From: Chara braunii
Lineage: Eukaryota > Plantae > Charophyceae
Direction of reading: 5' to 3'
Length of the DNA stretch: 64,000 nucleotides
Assembly: GCA_003427395.1 (NCBI GenBank)
Contig: BFEA01000014.1
Location: 5,804,223-5,868,222 of the forward strand
This document shows, piece by piece, positions 13,401 to 25,800 of the stretch. The notes beneath the pieces were generated by a model. It was not told where the DNA came from, made no database searches, and saw nothing but the letters and a program-made list of their open reading frames with translations. Position 1 is the stretch's first letter. Every line of letters starts with the position of its first letter. A program made the position numbers and the translations under genes.

Positions 13401-13840
13401 CTGGTTCCATATCCGCACATCGATTTGTTTCGTACTTACCTGCCTAGTGGGTTCAGGCGGGGGTGCGAAAATAAACGAGTNNNNNNNNNNNNNNNNNNNN
13501 NNNNNNNNNNNNNNNNNNNNNNNNNNNNNNNNNNNNNNNNNNNNNNNNNNNNNNNNNNNNNNNNNNNNNNNNNNNNNNNNNNNNNNNNNNNNNNNNNNNN
13601 NNNNNNNNNNNNNNNNNNNNNNNNNNNNNNNNNNNNNNNNNNNNNNNNNNNNNNNNNNNNNNNNNNNNNNTCGTACGACTGGTTCCATATCCGCACATCG
13701 ATTTGTTTCGTACTTACCTGCCTAGTGGGTTCAGGCGGGGGTGCGAAAATAAACGAGTTATCCGATATCGTAGCCATCATTTGCGCATATTCTTCTCGGA
13801 TGGCTACGTGTTCTTCTGGGGTCACTCCATCGCGAATGTC

Positions 13841-14788
13841 TTACCATGACACCGATTTGGTCGCGATTTTAATTCCGAGTCCAGTTTCGGGGCGCCCAGG
13901 GGGTTCCAAAGAATTGGCCTCCGCCCCTAAGCGTAGCAATTGTATCTCTTTTGCAGGTGGCACAAGAGATCGCGGGAGGCTCGTGATGTCGCAGAAGTGT
14001 CTCTTGTCGTTGTATCGCGCAAGGAGAGGGGAGATACCTTCGTACAGGGTTCGAGGGGGTTCCAAAGAATCGACCATCCTTGATATCTGTACGAGAGGTT
14101 CTCCCAGAATCATCGTTTGTGTTCTTTGCAGGTTTCGATCAGTCAGGTTCAACGGTTTAGCGTTCACTCGTTGCGCAGGGTAACAAATGTGTTGTCGCGC
14201 CAGCTCCAGAATTGCCGCATCATCCTTGTCACTGCTGTCCGCATCTTCCGATGATTGCTCATCGTCCGCGTAGTTTTCCCAGGTGATCACCCGGAGAGTT
14301 CCCGCCATTACTTGAGAAACTTGCGAGGCTACATTAACATACGTACGAAGGGTCAACCTCATAGGTATGGCGTAGGGTTTTCCTCCCGTATTTCGGAGGA
14401 TAATCGATCGTCTTTCGAAGTCCAAGTTGGCTCGCAGAGCCATAAGAGCAGGTAAACCCAAAAGAACATCATAAGTGTTGACGTCTAACACTACGACATC
14501 TCCCAGAGCGTGCACCTTTCCCAGTTGAAAAGCAACATTGGTCATTCGTCCCACTGTTTTGATATTTTATTCATCTGCAGAGATGAGCTGATCCTTCTCC
14601 GTAAGCATAATCAGATCTTTCTTTCTTCCTGCTCTTTCGACTACTCGTAGTGAGATAGCTAAGACGGCTGCTCCAGAATCAATAACGGCGTTGTACAGGA
14701 CTCCCCATACTTCGATATCACATTCTGCGGATTTCCACGGAATTGCTTTAATCCGCAGGAAGTGATCATCTTTCTGGATTAGTCCCAA
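13841..14788 (-). pseudogene. Retroviral-type aspartic protease and linker (degenerate)
   Basis: AVIDSGAA active-site motif; YDVLLGLP. Confidence 0.85.
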
Positions 14789-16330
14789 TCATATGGGGTC
14801 CGAAGTACCAGCAGCGTATTCATCTGGCGGCAGGTTTTTAGCTTTTGTGTTTGCTATTCGAGCGAAGGCGAACAACTTCCAGTTTGCCTTACAATGTTGC
14901 AACATGCGCTCATTGGCTTGTTCTGATATCGAGAGTAGATGACCCTTCAGAAGAGGAATCCGATGATCTAATACCCATACAATGTTTAAGACGTCGATTT
15001 CCCCAGTGACGAAGGTGGGTCCTCCCGACTCCATTTCTCCTGGAGAAGGTCGCCATTCCGCCACTTCCCTTTGTTCCGGGGCGGGTCTGATCGTTCCAAT
15101 CATGCCCAATCCCGGGTAACCAAGCGTGACGTACTGATCAAACGGAATGAGCTCGGCGGCTTCTTCCACCGTAGCTAACGTGTTTCCCCCTCCTTCCATT
15201 TCCTCCATTAACGCTCCTACTCGTCCCAGCCCGTTAGCGATCGGGGCTGCTGCCACCGGTGCGGCTCCGATCCGTGGTTGTGGGGGTCGATGAGGGCAGT
15301 CCCAGGCTATATGCCCAGGTTGGTGACACGTGTAACAAACGTTCAAATTACCAGCGGCCCCTCCGAGAGCGGGTGCTGGAGCCAGCCCGTGTTGAATCGG
15401 GGCGACACGTACTGCTATCGGTCGCATCAACCTCATCATCGCCTTTATTCGAGCATTGTGTTCCCGTTGTTCCTTTTTGCTTTCCTGGATCAGATTAACC
15501 AGTGTTTTGCTCAGTTTCAATAAGGCGGTTGATTCATTAGGTCGTGCAGGACTTTCGATCGAAGGTGCGGGTGTCGTCATCACGGGAACTGGCATGCCCG
15601 TAATCACACTCGGGGCTGGTCGTTTGGGGTTAATCTGTTCCAAATAGGTGACCGGGCCAGACACAAATCCCATGTTTTCTTACTTATTCTGTCGCGCGGC
15701 CATCTCGGCTTTAGCTCTCGCTAGTTCGGACGAGTCTCCTTCCCTAGGATAATCTTTTCCTTCTAGAAAACTTGCAACAAATTTTCGTTCCATCTCTTCT
15801 GCGGCCGCTATGATCTGTTCCAGCGTGTGATTGATGGGAGAGAACTGTTTTCGCAGTTTTGCCCTCATTGCTCTGCCGCGAAGTCCGTCAATAAACAAAT
15901 TTCTACCTACCTGTTCGCCTCGTTCTGTGTTTACAAACATTTGGTAAAATCGATCTCGGTACTCGGTGACAGACTCGAGGGGTTTTTGGACTCGATCCTT
16001 AATCATAAAAAGGGCCTGTTCCGGATGGATACAGTCGAATCGGTTCAGAAAGTCTCGTTCGAAGAGTGGGAGATCCACCCATACATAGGTGCTGAACCAA
16101 TGATGAGCGGTCCCCCCTAATCGAGCGGGGATGTTTACCTGTGCCTAGTTGTCATGATACTGCTGAGCTCGGAGCGTGGCCAACCATGCTCCAACAAGGT
16201 GAAAAGCGGGATCGAACAGATAGAGATCGGGTGGAGCTATGGGTGCCCGCGCTCGTGGTACGGCCTGATTAGGATTTAGCTGTCGGCTGGGGTTCTGTTG
16301 TGGATTCGGATTCAGTTGATTAGCGTTCAT
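14789..16330 (-). pseudogene. Gag (degenerate)
   Basis: QKPLESVTEYRDRF retrotransposon-gag motif, FIDGL, CCHC knuckle CYTCHQPGHIAWDC. Confidence 0.9.
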
Positions 16331-16469
16331 GTTAACTACCCGTCGATCCGCCGACAGGCTTCTTGTAATGACGGGATCGCGTCGATGCGCGTTCCAGGGT
16401 TGGGGTCGCCCTCTGTTAGCCAGATCGCTTCGATCTCACCCTACGAATCCTATAACCCTGCCACGTGTC

Positions 16470-16481
16470 GGCTCTGATACC
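16470..16481 (-). promoter_or_regulatory. Primer binding site (initiator tRNA-Met)
   Basis: Minus strand reads GGTATCAGAGCC, adjacent to the slightly end-deleted LTR. Confidence 0.85.
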
Positions 16482-17877
16482 GACCTCGCGCGACTTCCTG
16501 ATCGGAGTGGGATATGGGTCTGGAAGTGCGAAAAGGGGTGTGCCAAGGATTTTTGGGGGGTTGGGGTGGAGTCTCAGGCGGGAACTGAGATCTCATGTGG
16601 CAAGATTTTAGGGGCATAGGCGCAATGAGGCTAAGGGACGGGTTACCTTCGGTCTAATGGCGGTCGATGTCGTGCAGCATAAGGCAGATGGCATGTGCGG
16701 TGCATCTTGGACCGTCCGACCCGCCTGTTTCAGTGACGGCGGTTCGGGGGAGGTCCGTTTGCGGGGGTTGCGAGTTCTATGGGTCGGACCTCTGGGTGTG
16801 GACACGTGTCGATTGACGTCGCGTGTTATGGTTAGGCTCCGTAGTTCAAAAGGCTCGGCGGTTGCCACATCGTCCGCAATTTCTACACGGCATGTGGGGC
16901 CTATACGGGGCTATGGAGTTCCATGGTACCACCGTGAGTTGGTGGTATGGGAGGAGGATGTGGAAGGGAGGGAAATTGGTGGTGATAACGACGAAGCCGA
17001 GGGATATGAAATATTGCGTGTTATACGTAGTTGGGTAGTCGGGAGCCCTCGGGTCGCTGGTTATGGCGCGGCGAAAGTCCCTGGGACAACAGTCTGTCGT
17101 TCTTGGTTAGACAGGGGAATTTGGGATGCCTCAGCCTAAGTTGTTCTCATTCCCAATATTCTTGGTACTATGAGTTTCACAATCCTTCCCGATCCCCGAT
17201 GTACGACATCTTATCATTTCGGCAATTCACTAGTTGTAGCGTAGTGGGAACCCTCTGCACGTATCGGGATGTACTTCGATCGGCAAGGGAATTTCCGGGC
17301 ATGGGGCCGGAAATTCCTACCGGCTAAAAAAAAGGAAATTTTGCGCTTATCCCGCTACAGGAGGTGCCAAGTTCATCAGTGATCGTGAATCGTCCGCGTG
17401 TGGACACGTGTAGGCCACGCTGATCAGATCTTGCTTACACGTGCGCGCACGAGGTGTTCGGTCGTACACGGGCCTGTTGGCTGATTCTCGTGCAAAAGTG
17501 AGAGTTCAATCCTTCAAGCAACATCGTCACGTGGCATAGATACCCACCCAACCATCTAATCATTCAGTGATCCCGCAAACAATAATTTCCGATCATGCGA
17601 AATGACATCGCACACATCAGACACCGCAACAACATCAAACACTATTTATGATGACAGTAGATCAAAGTGACAAGCAACGATGATGATTAGGCAAAAATGG
17701 CAAGCATATCATTCCATCAAAACTCGTTCATCCAATATACACGAAAGAGGAAGGATCGAGACCGAATGAGACAAAGATGTCAAAGGAAAATAAGGGCGAA
17801 TTGCCCGAGCCGCAATCAAAACTTATATACAAAAGAAAAGGAAAAGACAACGAAAATTACAACTCACGTCCATCCAT

Positions 17878-17919
<42 letters not shown>

Positions 17920-18720
17920 GTGGACAGTCCGTCGTCACGCACCAACCCACGAAGTTATCACCCCACTTAGTCCTTCTGTGCCCGTCGGGTTCGCGTGCGC
18001 GTTACAGTCCGTCGTAGCCCCACACGTCAACCCCGCACATTCGGCACCAGCTCGTCGGGTCGTCCAACTCCCACTTCAACTCACCTCTTACTTCGCTCGT
18101 GAGCCAACCCTCACTGATCGCGCTACCCCGAGCTTCCAGCAACTGTTTTAAGAGAGCTATCTACTCGCGCAGTCGAAATTTATAGCGTGCATGCATGCAC
18201 GAAGAACACAGAATTGCAAGGACTTAGAAGGAAAGAAGGGGAGGGAGTGCCTACGTTCTGCATGGCCAGATCGCGGCGTGGGGGACGTAGCCACTCTCCA
18301 CGCATCGATCGATCATGCAGCCCGAGGGTCAACTAAACACAGCAAAGAAGAAAGAGGGCGGGAAAGACGAAGCTCAAGAAGAAAGATACGGTTACAAGGG
18401 CGCCCCACCCAAAATTACAGTTACGTGCAAGATTAAGGGCGTCGACTAATCAGAGCTTCATTGCAGCTGCAAGAAGAAACGCGCGAGAAAAGAGCACCCC
18501 GCGGCAAAAGAAATTCCGAAGTCGTAAATTTCTAAATTCCTAAATTCCTATTTTTCTATTTTCCTATTTTCCTATTTACGAAGAAATCTAAAAAGAACTG
18601 TAGTAAAGCACAAATCCCGAAAAGAAAGTCCGAAATTCCGAGAGCCATCGGGGGCTCGACAAGATTCAAAAAAAAAAAAAAAAAAAAAAGAACGCAAAAC
18701 TCTCGCGCGATCACCGCGCC
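16482..18720 (-). repeat. 5' LTR running into an assembly gap
   Basis: Homologous to 6862-7861 and 3961-6492; internal (CT)n at ~17884-17915. Confidence 0.85.
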
Positions 18721-19084
18721 NNNNNNNNNNNNNNNNNNNNNNNNNNNNNNNNNNNNNNNNNNNNNNNNNNNNNNNNNNNNNNNNNNNNNNNNNNNNNNNN
18801 NNNNNNNNNNNNNNNNNNNNNNNNNNNNNNNNNNNNNNNNNNNNNNNNNNNNNNNNNNNNNNNNNNNNNNNNNNNNNNNNNNNNNNNNNNNNNNNNNNNN
18901 NNNNNNNNNNNNNNNNNNNNNNNNNNNNNNNNNNNNNNNNNNNNNNNNNNNNNNNNNNNNNNNNNNNNNNNNNNNNNNNNNNNNNNNNNNNNNNNNNNNN
19001 NNNNNNNNNNNNNNNNNNNNNNNNNNNNNNNNNNNNNNNNNNNNNNNNNNNNNNNNNNNNNNNNNNNNNNNNNNNNNNNNNNNN

Positions 19085-19146
<62 letters not shown>

Positions 19147-19149
19147 CGC

Positions 19150-19581
19150 TCAATCTCGCCCTGTGCTATATTCCGGTCGGAGTGTTTTGGCTTGGGAAAG
19201 GTAGCAAAGATGGGGTGTGCCAAGGATTTTTGGAAATTTGAGTGCGGGGACATAGACAGAACTGAAATCCCCCGTGTTGGTCCGACTGGAGCAGACGAAG
19301 GTCCATCGCCGCGCGGGTTTGACGGGAGAAAAAGGCGCACAAGGGACTTGCACGTATGGGAAATTCAATTCAAAAAGTATCGTTGAACTTCCCAACCAAC
19401 CGTCGCTTTACGTTTCGAGTGAAAAGGGGCAGGTACACACATCGTATCCCGTTTGCGGATGAGGTCCCTTCGGCGTTCGCTACACAATTTCAAATCCGAC
19501 GTGGGTGGCCTCAATCGAGTCGCTCTTTCCTTGTGCTCGTCCTCGCCACGTGTGCGGTAGTGGAATTTCTTGGCAGTGACA
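19150..19581. repeat. Diverged LTR-related fragment
   Basis: Shares ggggtgtgccaaggatttttgg and flanking similarity with the LTR family; ends ...TGACA. Confidence 0.45.
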
Positions 19582-19594
19582 ATCTTTGCACAAA

Positions 19595-21328
19595 TTATTG
19601 GGCCGGAAGAAGAAGGGGGAAGTGGAGAGGAGGGGGGAGACAGAGGAGGGGAAGATGGACAAGAAGGGGGAGGAAAGGCGGAGGAGGGGAAGATGGAAAA
19701 GAGGAAGGGGGAGAAGGAGGGGGAGAGGGAGAGGGAGAAGGAGAAGCGAAGGAAAGAGGAGGAGAAGGTGGAAGAGGATGATGCACGGACCAGCGAAGCA
19801 TACGTCGAAACCATTGTGTAAGACGAGTTACATGTATAGGTTGTCGACGTTGGCGAGCACGAATGTAACAAGTCCATCCACGGGCCAATGTCGAAAGAGC
19901 ATGGCCACGAGAAAGCAAACGGCGGACAAGCATGGTTGCCGCAGTTCTGAAAATTAATCATGCCAATTGTCACAAATCCGCTCAAACCGCGTAAGCTGGC
20001 TGGTGAACACACCTGCAGGCTGATGAGACGGAATGTTTGACGTTGCACTAGGATATCGCATAACAGGAAAATCCTATGCAACTGTCTTGTCAAACACACT
20101 CAATCGGAGAGATCCATCTGCTCGTGTCTGCAGTTTCGCACCTAAAAAAGTGCAAGAGCCATCAACTGCAGTGGTCTCCTTCAATTCAAGGTCATAATAG
20201 GTTGGCGATGGTGGCAGACAACCAAAGGTAAGAACATCATCAATGAACCGATAAGTGAAAACATATCGGTGAGCTGCAGAGGGATCCACAGGCTGCAGGT
20301 TGTCCACGTACTGTGCCTCATCCCAATAGAGTGTGAGGTTAGCAATCTCAGGACCAACGTTTGTACCCATGGAAATACCCACGTCTTGATGACGAACAAG
20401 GCCATCCGCTATATATAGATATGTATTAGTAACAACAAAACGAAGATGTTGACCGAACAAGGCCATCCGCTGTTTATAGATATGTATTAGTAACAACAAA
20501 ACGAAGATGTTGAAGAATGCCAGACACAGAAAGGGCGTCAGATCCCATATCCGTAGTCCATTCCCCTGCACGCAGTCCACGGACCACCATACGAAGAGCA
20601 ACACAGGATGAGTGTGTCCGTGTATGCTGCTATGCCTGTGTAAGAGCATCGGCATGTGCCTCATCAACAGCCTTAGCAACATTGTCAAGAATCCGTTGAT
20701 GACAAAGATTAGTATACATAGTAGTGAAATCGACTGTATGGGGGCCCAGACCTCGGAAAGAAGCTTTATTCTTTTGAGGTCAAGCATGACCTCGTCACTA
20801 CTCTGGACAATCCAACATCAACGAATACCTTCGGATTGGAAGAGTTGATTATCTTTTTCACGAAGAGTACGGATGACGCCTTGAAGTGCCGCACTCAAAC
20901 AAGCCGACGTATGTGTCGTACTAGCAACAGGCTTGTGAGGCGGTCGGTGATGCAAACGCTGGACTCGTTGGGAGGGGCGCAGGTCACTTCGCTGGGCCGT
21001 ATGAGAAGAAGAAAGATTGTTGCGGGCAGTGATACCAAGAATAGTACAGAGTGTGGGAGGAGACTTATGGGCCTTAAACCACCAGTANTTGGCCCAGCTA
21101 TCGNCCGCGGCGCTTTCCCGTTAACGCGCCGCGGCTTTAGGGCTTCAGGGTACCGGACCTCAATGGCTGGAAGCGCCAGCCAAAACAATTTTGAAACGGT
21201 ACCCCGGCGCTTCGGCGAAAATCGGTGTGCAGGGGCATTCCAGGCTCGGCATCGATAGCTGGGCCAAGTACTGGTGATTTAAGAGCACAATAAAGATACG
21301 GCAATGTGTCAGCATGAGGATAATTCCA
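19595..21328 (-). mobile_element. Penelope-like element fragment (Naiad/Chlamys-type RT)
   Basis: LPYLYCALKAHKSP (after removing the MITE), WIVQSSDEV, DFTTMYTNL, GISMGTNVGPEIANL, YRFIDD, FLG...SVFDK, YPSATSNIPSHQP, thumb WFRRMLRW followed by an S/P-rich linker; 61-bp tandem duplication at ~20395-20512. Confidence 0.88.
21078..21278. mobile_element. 201-bp MITE with TTAA TSD (piggyBac/Kolobok-like)
   Basis: ~26-bp TIR A(C/T)CACCAGTACTTGGCCCAGCTATCG; TTAA at 21074-77 and 21279-82; excision restores the PLE RT frame. Confidence 0.85.
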
Positions 21329-21329
21329 A

Positions 21330-21640
21330 TGAACTAAAGTGAAAACAAAAAGTAAAAAGTGAAAAAATATGTGGGCAAGCACGTTTTGACACTGCCATCT
21401 TTGGCGATTTTTAATTCTCATTTGGCTTAGCCAAATGACTTGAAAATTTACAGGCATGTACCTCACGTCATAGAGAAGTCACGAAAAAAAAATTCAGAAA
21501 AAAATAATTAATTTTAGGTCTTGAAATATTTTTTGGCGGGGGCCGAACGCCGTCGGGTTCGGACCCCGTACGGGACCCTGAACGCCCGTACGTACGGAGG
21601 TCTGCCCGGGGATCTCCGTACGTACGGGCTGGTGACCCTG
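21330..21640 (-). mobile_element. Partial hAT-like MITE (CAGGGTGACC terminus, CGTACG subterminal motifs)
   Basis: Reverse complement of 42793-43100; abuts (TA)n. Confidence 0.7.
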
Positions 21641-21660
21641 TATATATACGTATATATACA

Positions 21661-21778
21661 TCATCAAACAGAGCTGCCCGGTAAACCGTAGGCAGAGAGG
21701 GAGAAAAGGACAACAACCGAGGGGTTGTGACAAACTGTTTCGTCGGAGCTTCACCGACTCATCAGGAGGCTTAACCCT
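21661..21778 (-). ncRNA. Hammerhead ribozyme-bearing PLE terminal fragment, 5'-truncated at the cleavage site and flanked by (TA)n
   Basis: AGGGTTAAGCCTC-CTGATGA-GTCGG-tgaagct-CCGAC-GAAACAG; lacks the 5' stem III strand and GUC present in the intact copy at 50000-50055. Confidence 0.85.
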
Positions 21779-22392
21779 ATATATATATATAGTCAAACAG
21801 AGCTGTCCGCTAAACTTTTTTTTTTTTTTTTTTTTACCCTGAAAATTTGCTAGGAGAGGTGACATGAGCATCCCCTCTTAGCAGGTTTCCTAGTTGTTCC
21901 AATCTATTGGTGGGAAGTCGGCGAGCCGCACATGCTAGAAATCGGGTCCAGCGTCCCATCTTACATCAAACAGATACTTAGAGGATTAATTGTGCAGGGG
22001 TACCGCCTATCAGCATTGATTGCTCTGGGTTCCAAACGATTGACTGAACAGGACATTTGAAGGGGGAGAACCGCTTCACCTGCTATCAGGCGCCATATAG
22101 CTACCGATGCTCACCAGTTCCCCCCCCTCTCTTCCCCCCTTTTTCTCTCCAGTTGTACTTGTCTCTTGTCTGTTCAACCTTTCCCTTGCTGGTCGGCTTT
22201 GTGGTTTCTGTAGTTTCGTTAGTTCTTCTGCGACGTCTAGACCTCCTTTCGCTCGTCACCAACCTTTCTCTAAGGGGGACCAGAGGGTTGGTGTTTGTTT
22301 TACTATCCTAAAGCCACCGCGCGTTCCAGATCTGACTGTAAGCCAGTCCCAATGCTTCTTAATCACCATACTAAACATTCTCAACCTACATT

Positions 22393-22886
22393 GCATAATG
22401 TACATGTACGGGGGCTTTCCGTACAAAACGTACGGGATCTGTATGGTAACCTGTACGTCTTGTACGCCCCCGTACGAAAAAGCAAAAAAAAAANNNNNNN
22501 NNNNNNNNNNNNNNNNNNNNNNNNNNNNNNNNNNNNNNNNNNNNNNNNNNNNNNNNNNNNNNNNNNNNNNNNNNNNNNNNNNNNNNNNNNNNNNNNNNNN
22601 NNNNNNNNNNNNNNNNNNNNNNNNNNNNNNNNNNNNNNNNNNNNNNNNNNNNNNNNNNAAAAAAAAAAAAACTAAGGTCATTACAAAAATCCGAAAAAAC
22701 AAAATGTGACGCAACAGCACAAAACAAGCAACATTTGGCTAAGCATCATCTTCAGATTCTTATTAGAATTTGAAAAACAAATAAAAATAATACTGGATTA
22801 AAAAATAATAATAATAAAAAGAAAACTTGTACGGGGCTCTTAGCGTACGAGTACAAGAGTACGAATCCGTACTCGTACGAGAATGC
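22393..22886. mobile_element. MITE with CGTACG motifs inserted in the LINE 3' region
   Basis: Imperfect TIR GCAT...GTAC..GTACGG; possible 3-bp TSD ATT; internal sequence resembles the hAT-like MITE backbone; contains a gap. Confidence 0.5.
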
Positions 22887-25800
22887 ATTGTCAGGGTGTT
22901 TGGGGGGAAGGGGTCTGGGTAATCTTGTGGGGGGCAGTGGGGTATTATCGGGTTAACGTCCGTCCAATTGTTGAAAACTACTTCATAGTCTCTATGTAGT
23001 GTCCCCTTATTCCCCTTGGTTGGTCCCTGCCCATTCCCTCTACACTTACCCTCCTATTACCAATGTCATTCATCCTCTTTGTTCACTCCTCAACCATCCT
23101 CTGTTGAAGGCATCGATTTTCGTTTGTTTCTAAGGTGTCGTTCAGGAGGGTCCGCTTCTCTACTACATCCGGACACCTTGATTGCAATTCTGTTTGTATA
23201 TGTGATTTTATTTGCTCAGTTGTTTCCAGTTAATCCACCCTCACCTTGTCTATGGCCAATATACACCTTTTCCACCACAGTGTCCACATGATAGCTCGTC
23301 TGCCAAGCTGAAACATATTGGATATGGAACCACATGACTGGCCTTGGGGCCAATGCCCCGTGAGTATCGCTCTCCATTCCCAGGGCCAATCCTCCTCTCC
23401 CAGTGTTTTTTTCCATATCCGGTCCCACCATCGTCAGGTGAGGACTGCTCGTGGGCATTGCATGAAAATGTGTTCTATGGTTTCTAGTATTTTCTTGTTA
23501 GGAAAGTTTTGCAGACAGTTGGGACACCAAGGGGATGCCAACCCCTTCCGTTCTAATCTGGTGTGATCTATCAACCAGTTTTGGGTAGGAAGGCACCTGT
23601 GTGTGATCTGCCACTGCAGAGATGTCATCTTTGCCGGTTTCCTTTTTATTTTCTGGAACCACTTGATTGATTTCAGTAAGTCTGTTGACACATTGAGGTG
23701 CTTTGCCCATCTATCATTGATGTTGTCTACCATTTTTTTTTTTGGTCGGCGCATCCGATAGGTGAATTTGACTGAGAGTCTATGAAAGAATAGGGTTTTC
23801 TTTAACCCTTTAGGAGGGAGTTTCGATGGGTCCATTTCCAATTTAGTTGGTCAAGGGTAATATGGCAACTGAGGTCTCCGGTAGATACGCCTGTCTTTCT
23901 ATTCCATCTTTCAGCACCTTGATTCTAAATATCTGTTTTTTTTTAAACCATTGAAACGGATCGTGGCTGCCCTCCAACCGTTTTCCTCCTCTTACTGCAT
24001 ACAGTTCGATTAGTGCATCCTCAGGGTGAAGCTCATGAATCTGGGTGATTCACCCTTTTTTTTCAGCTACTAGCCTACTGCGACCCAGTCCCCCTCCTCC
24101 AGTTTAGGTCCCTTCTGAGTACGTGATACCAATCCAATGAGACTGAGAAGATCAGTTCCTCTATACGGTTCTTCATCGCACGAGCATACTTAAGCTGAAT
24201 TTTTAGTTGTTCCACTCTTTTTCAATTTTGTTCTTGTGCGTCCCACAAATTCCTAACTCTGTTAGTTTCATTTCTCACCCAAAATTTTCAGGGTGTAGTT
24301 GTGTTGTGTAGAACCTGACCCTTTGTGTTTGTGACCCACCTGTTGCTGAACAGGGGCTGCCTGTACACTTATTTCCATCTCTCTGGGGGCAAGGGTAATC
24401 TTCTCCAGTTCCATATGAGGTCCAACGAGAATGTGTCACGGGTTCTACTTGTTCTACTGTTAGGTCGCAGGAGAGCTCAGTATCTGCCTTCCAACCACAA
24501 CAGGGGGTCGACAGAAGAGGGTGCTTGTGGAGCTAGGCGTCTGGTTTGATCTAGTGTTCGCGCGCTTCATGGGGATTGTGGTTCTAATAAAAGCTTTTGA
24601 ATCCATTTTAGGCTGAGTGTCCCTGTCTGTGTGGTCGGGTCAATGATGTCTAACCCTCCTTGAGACTTGGGTTGAACGACTGAGTCCCAGGTAACTCGGC
24701 TGATTGCATATGGGGATTCGTGGTCCCCTCTCCATAGGAAGGCGGCCACCTATTTTCGCAGTTTTTTTTGTGCTTCTTTACTTAGGAGTCATATTAACGA
24801 TTTGTACCGAAGTGCCGCTAATACCACGTTATTTATCACCAAAGCTCTCCCAAACAATGATGTATGTTTCCCTTTCCATGCCACCATTTTCTATACAGTG
24901 GGTCCTGTGATCCATTCGTCGTTCGAAGTTGGGCGGCCTTCTATTGTCATTTGGACCCCTAGGACTCTGACTGGCGTATTATTGTCCAGCCAATTAATTT
25001 CAGGTTTTTCCAGCGGTCTGCCACCTTGGGAATATATCCACCATCCTTAGGAATGTATCCACCATCCTTGGGTTTTGTTTCCCAATTTACCGCCATGTCT
25101 GATATTTTACAAAATTTATCCATTAACTTACGGATTTTCTCTAAGTTCTCTTGCGTGGTTGTTAGCACTATTGTCAGGTCATCTGCGAAAAGAGAGCAGA
25201 TTGGGATTGTTTCCCCAGGGATGGTTGTCACCTGAATCTTTCTTAGATGCTTATACTGTCTTATGTTTGCGGCCAGGGCCTCCATTATAATTACAAAAAG
25301 AAAATGTGCTATAGGGTCCCTTTGTCTCACTGATCAAGCCAGTCGGATCTCAGGTGCGAGATTGTCATGTTTTTCAACTCTTGTGGTCACATTCTTGTGC
25401 AATATTGTTGCCCACCTCCTGAAAGTCGTCCCAAAGTTCATCTTGTAGAGACATCTGTCGAGAAAGAACCAATCTACATGGTCGTATGCCTTTTCAAAGT
25501 TAATGAAGATTATGGCCGCATTTTGGTTGGTTTGTTTGGTTAGCTTAAGAACTTCATTCACCAAGAGGATATTTTCTTGGATGTTCCTATTCTGGATGAA
25601 TGATGGCCTCCATCACAGGGATTATCCGGTTAGCTAGACTCTTAGCCAACATTTTGTAAACTACCGTTATCAATCTTATTGGTCGATAGTTTCAGATGTT
25701 TTTTTTTTTTTTTTTTTTTAAGTAGGGTCAGGACTCTCTGACCCACCAGTTCCCCATTTCCTTTGTTTCCCACACCTGTCGATAATATCTCATAAGGTCC

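Larger units (their letters stand above)
6862..18720 (-). mobile_element. Degenerate Ty3/gypsy LTR retrotransposon (gag, PR, RT, RNase H, PHD, integrase, extra ORFs)
   Basis: LTR copies at both ends, tRNA-Met PBS, and domain order PR-RT-RH-INT on the minus strand with stops and frameshifts. Linkage of 7864-11900 to the same element is probable but unproven. Confidence 0.75.

Noticed and set aside
13394-13759. Identical ~85-bp direct repeat flanking the N gap
   Set aside because: Typical scaffolding overlap artefact.
19085-19146. Poly-G tract as a G-quadruplex or polyproline gene
   Set aside because: It abuts a gap, so its length is unreliable and it may be a sequencing artefact.
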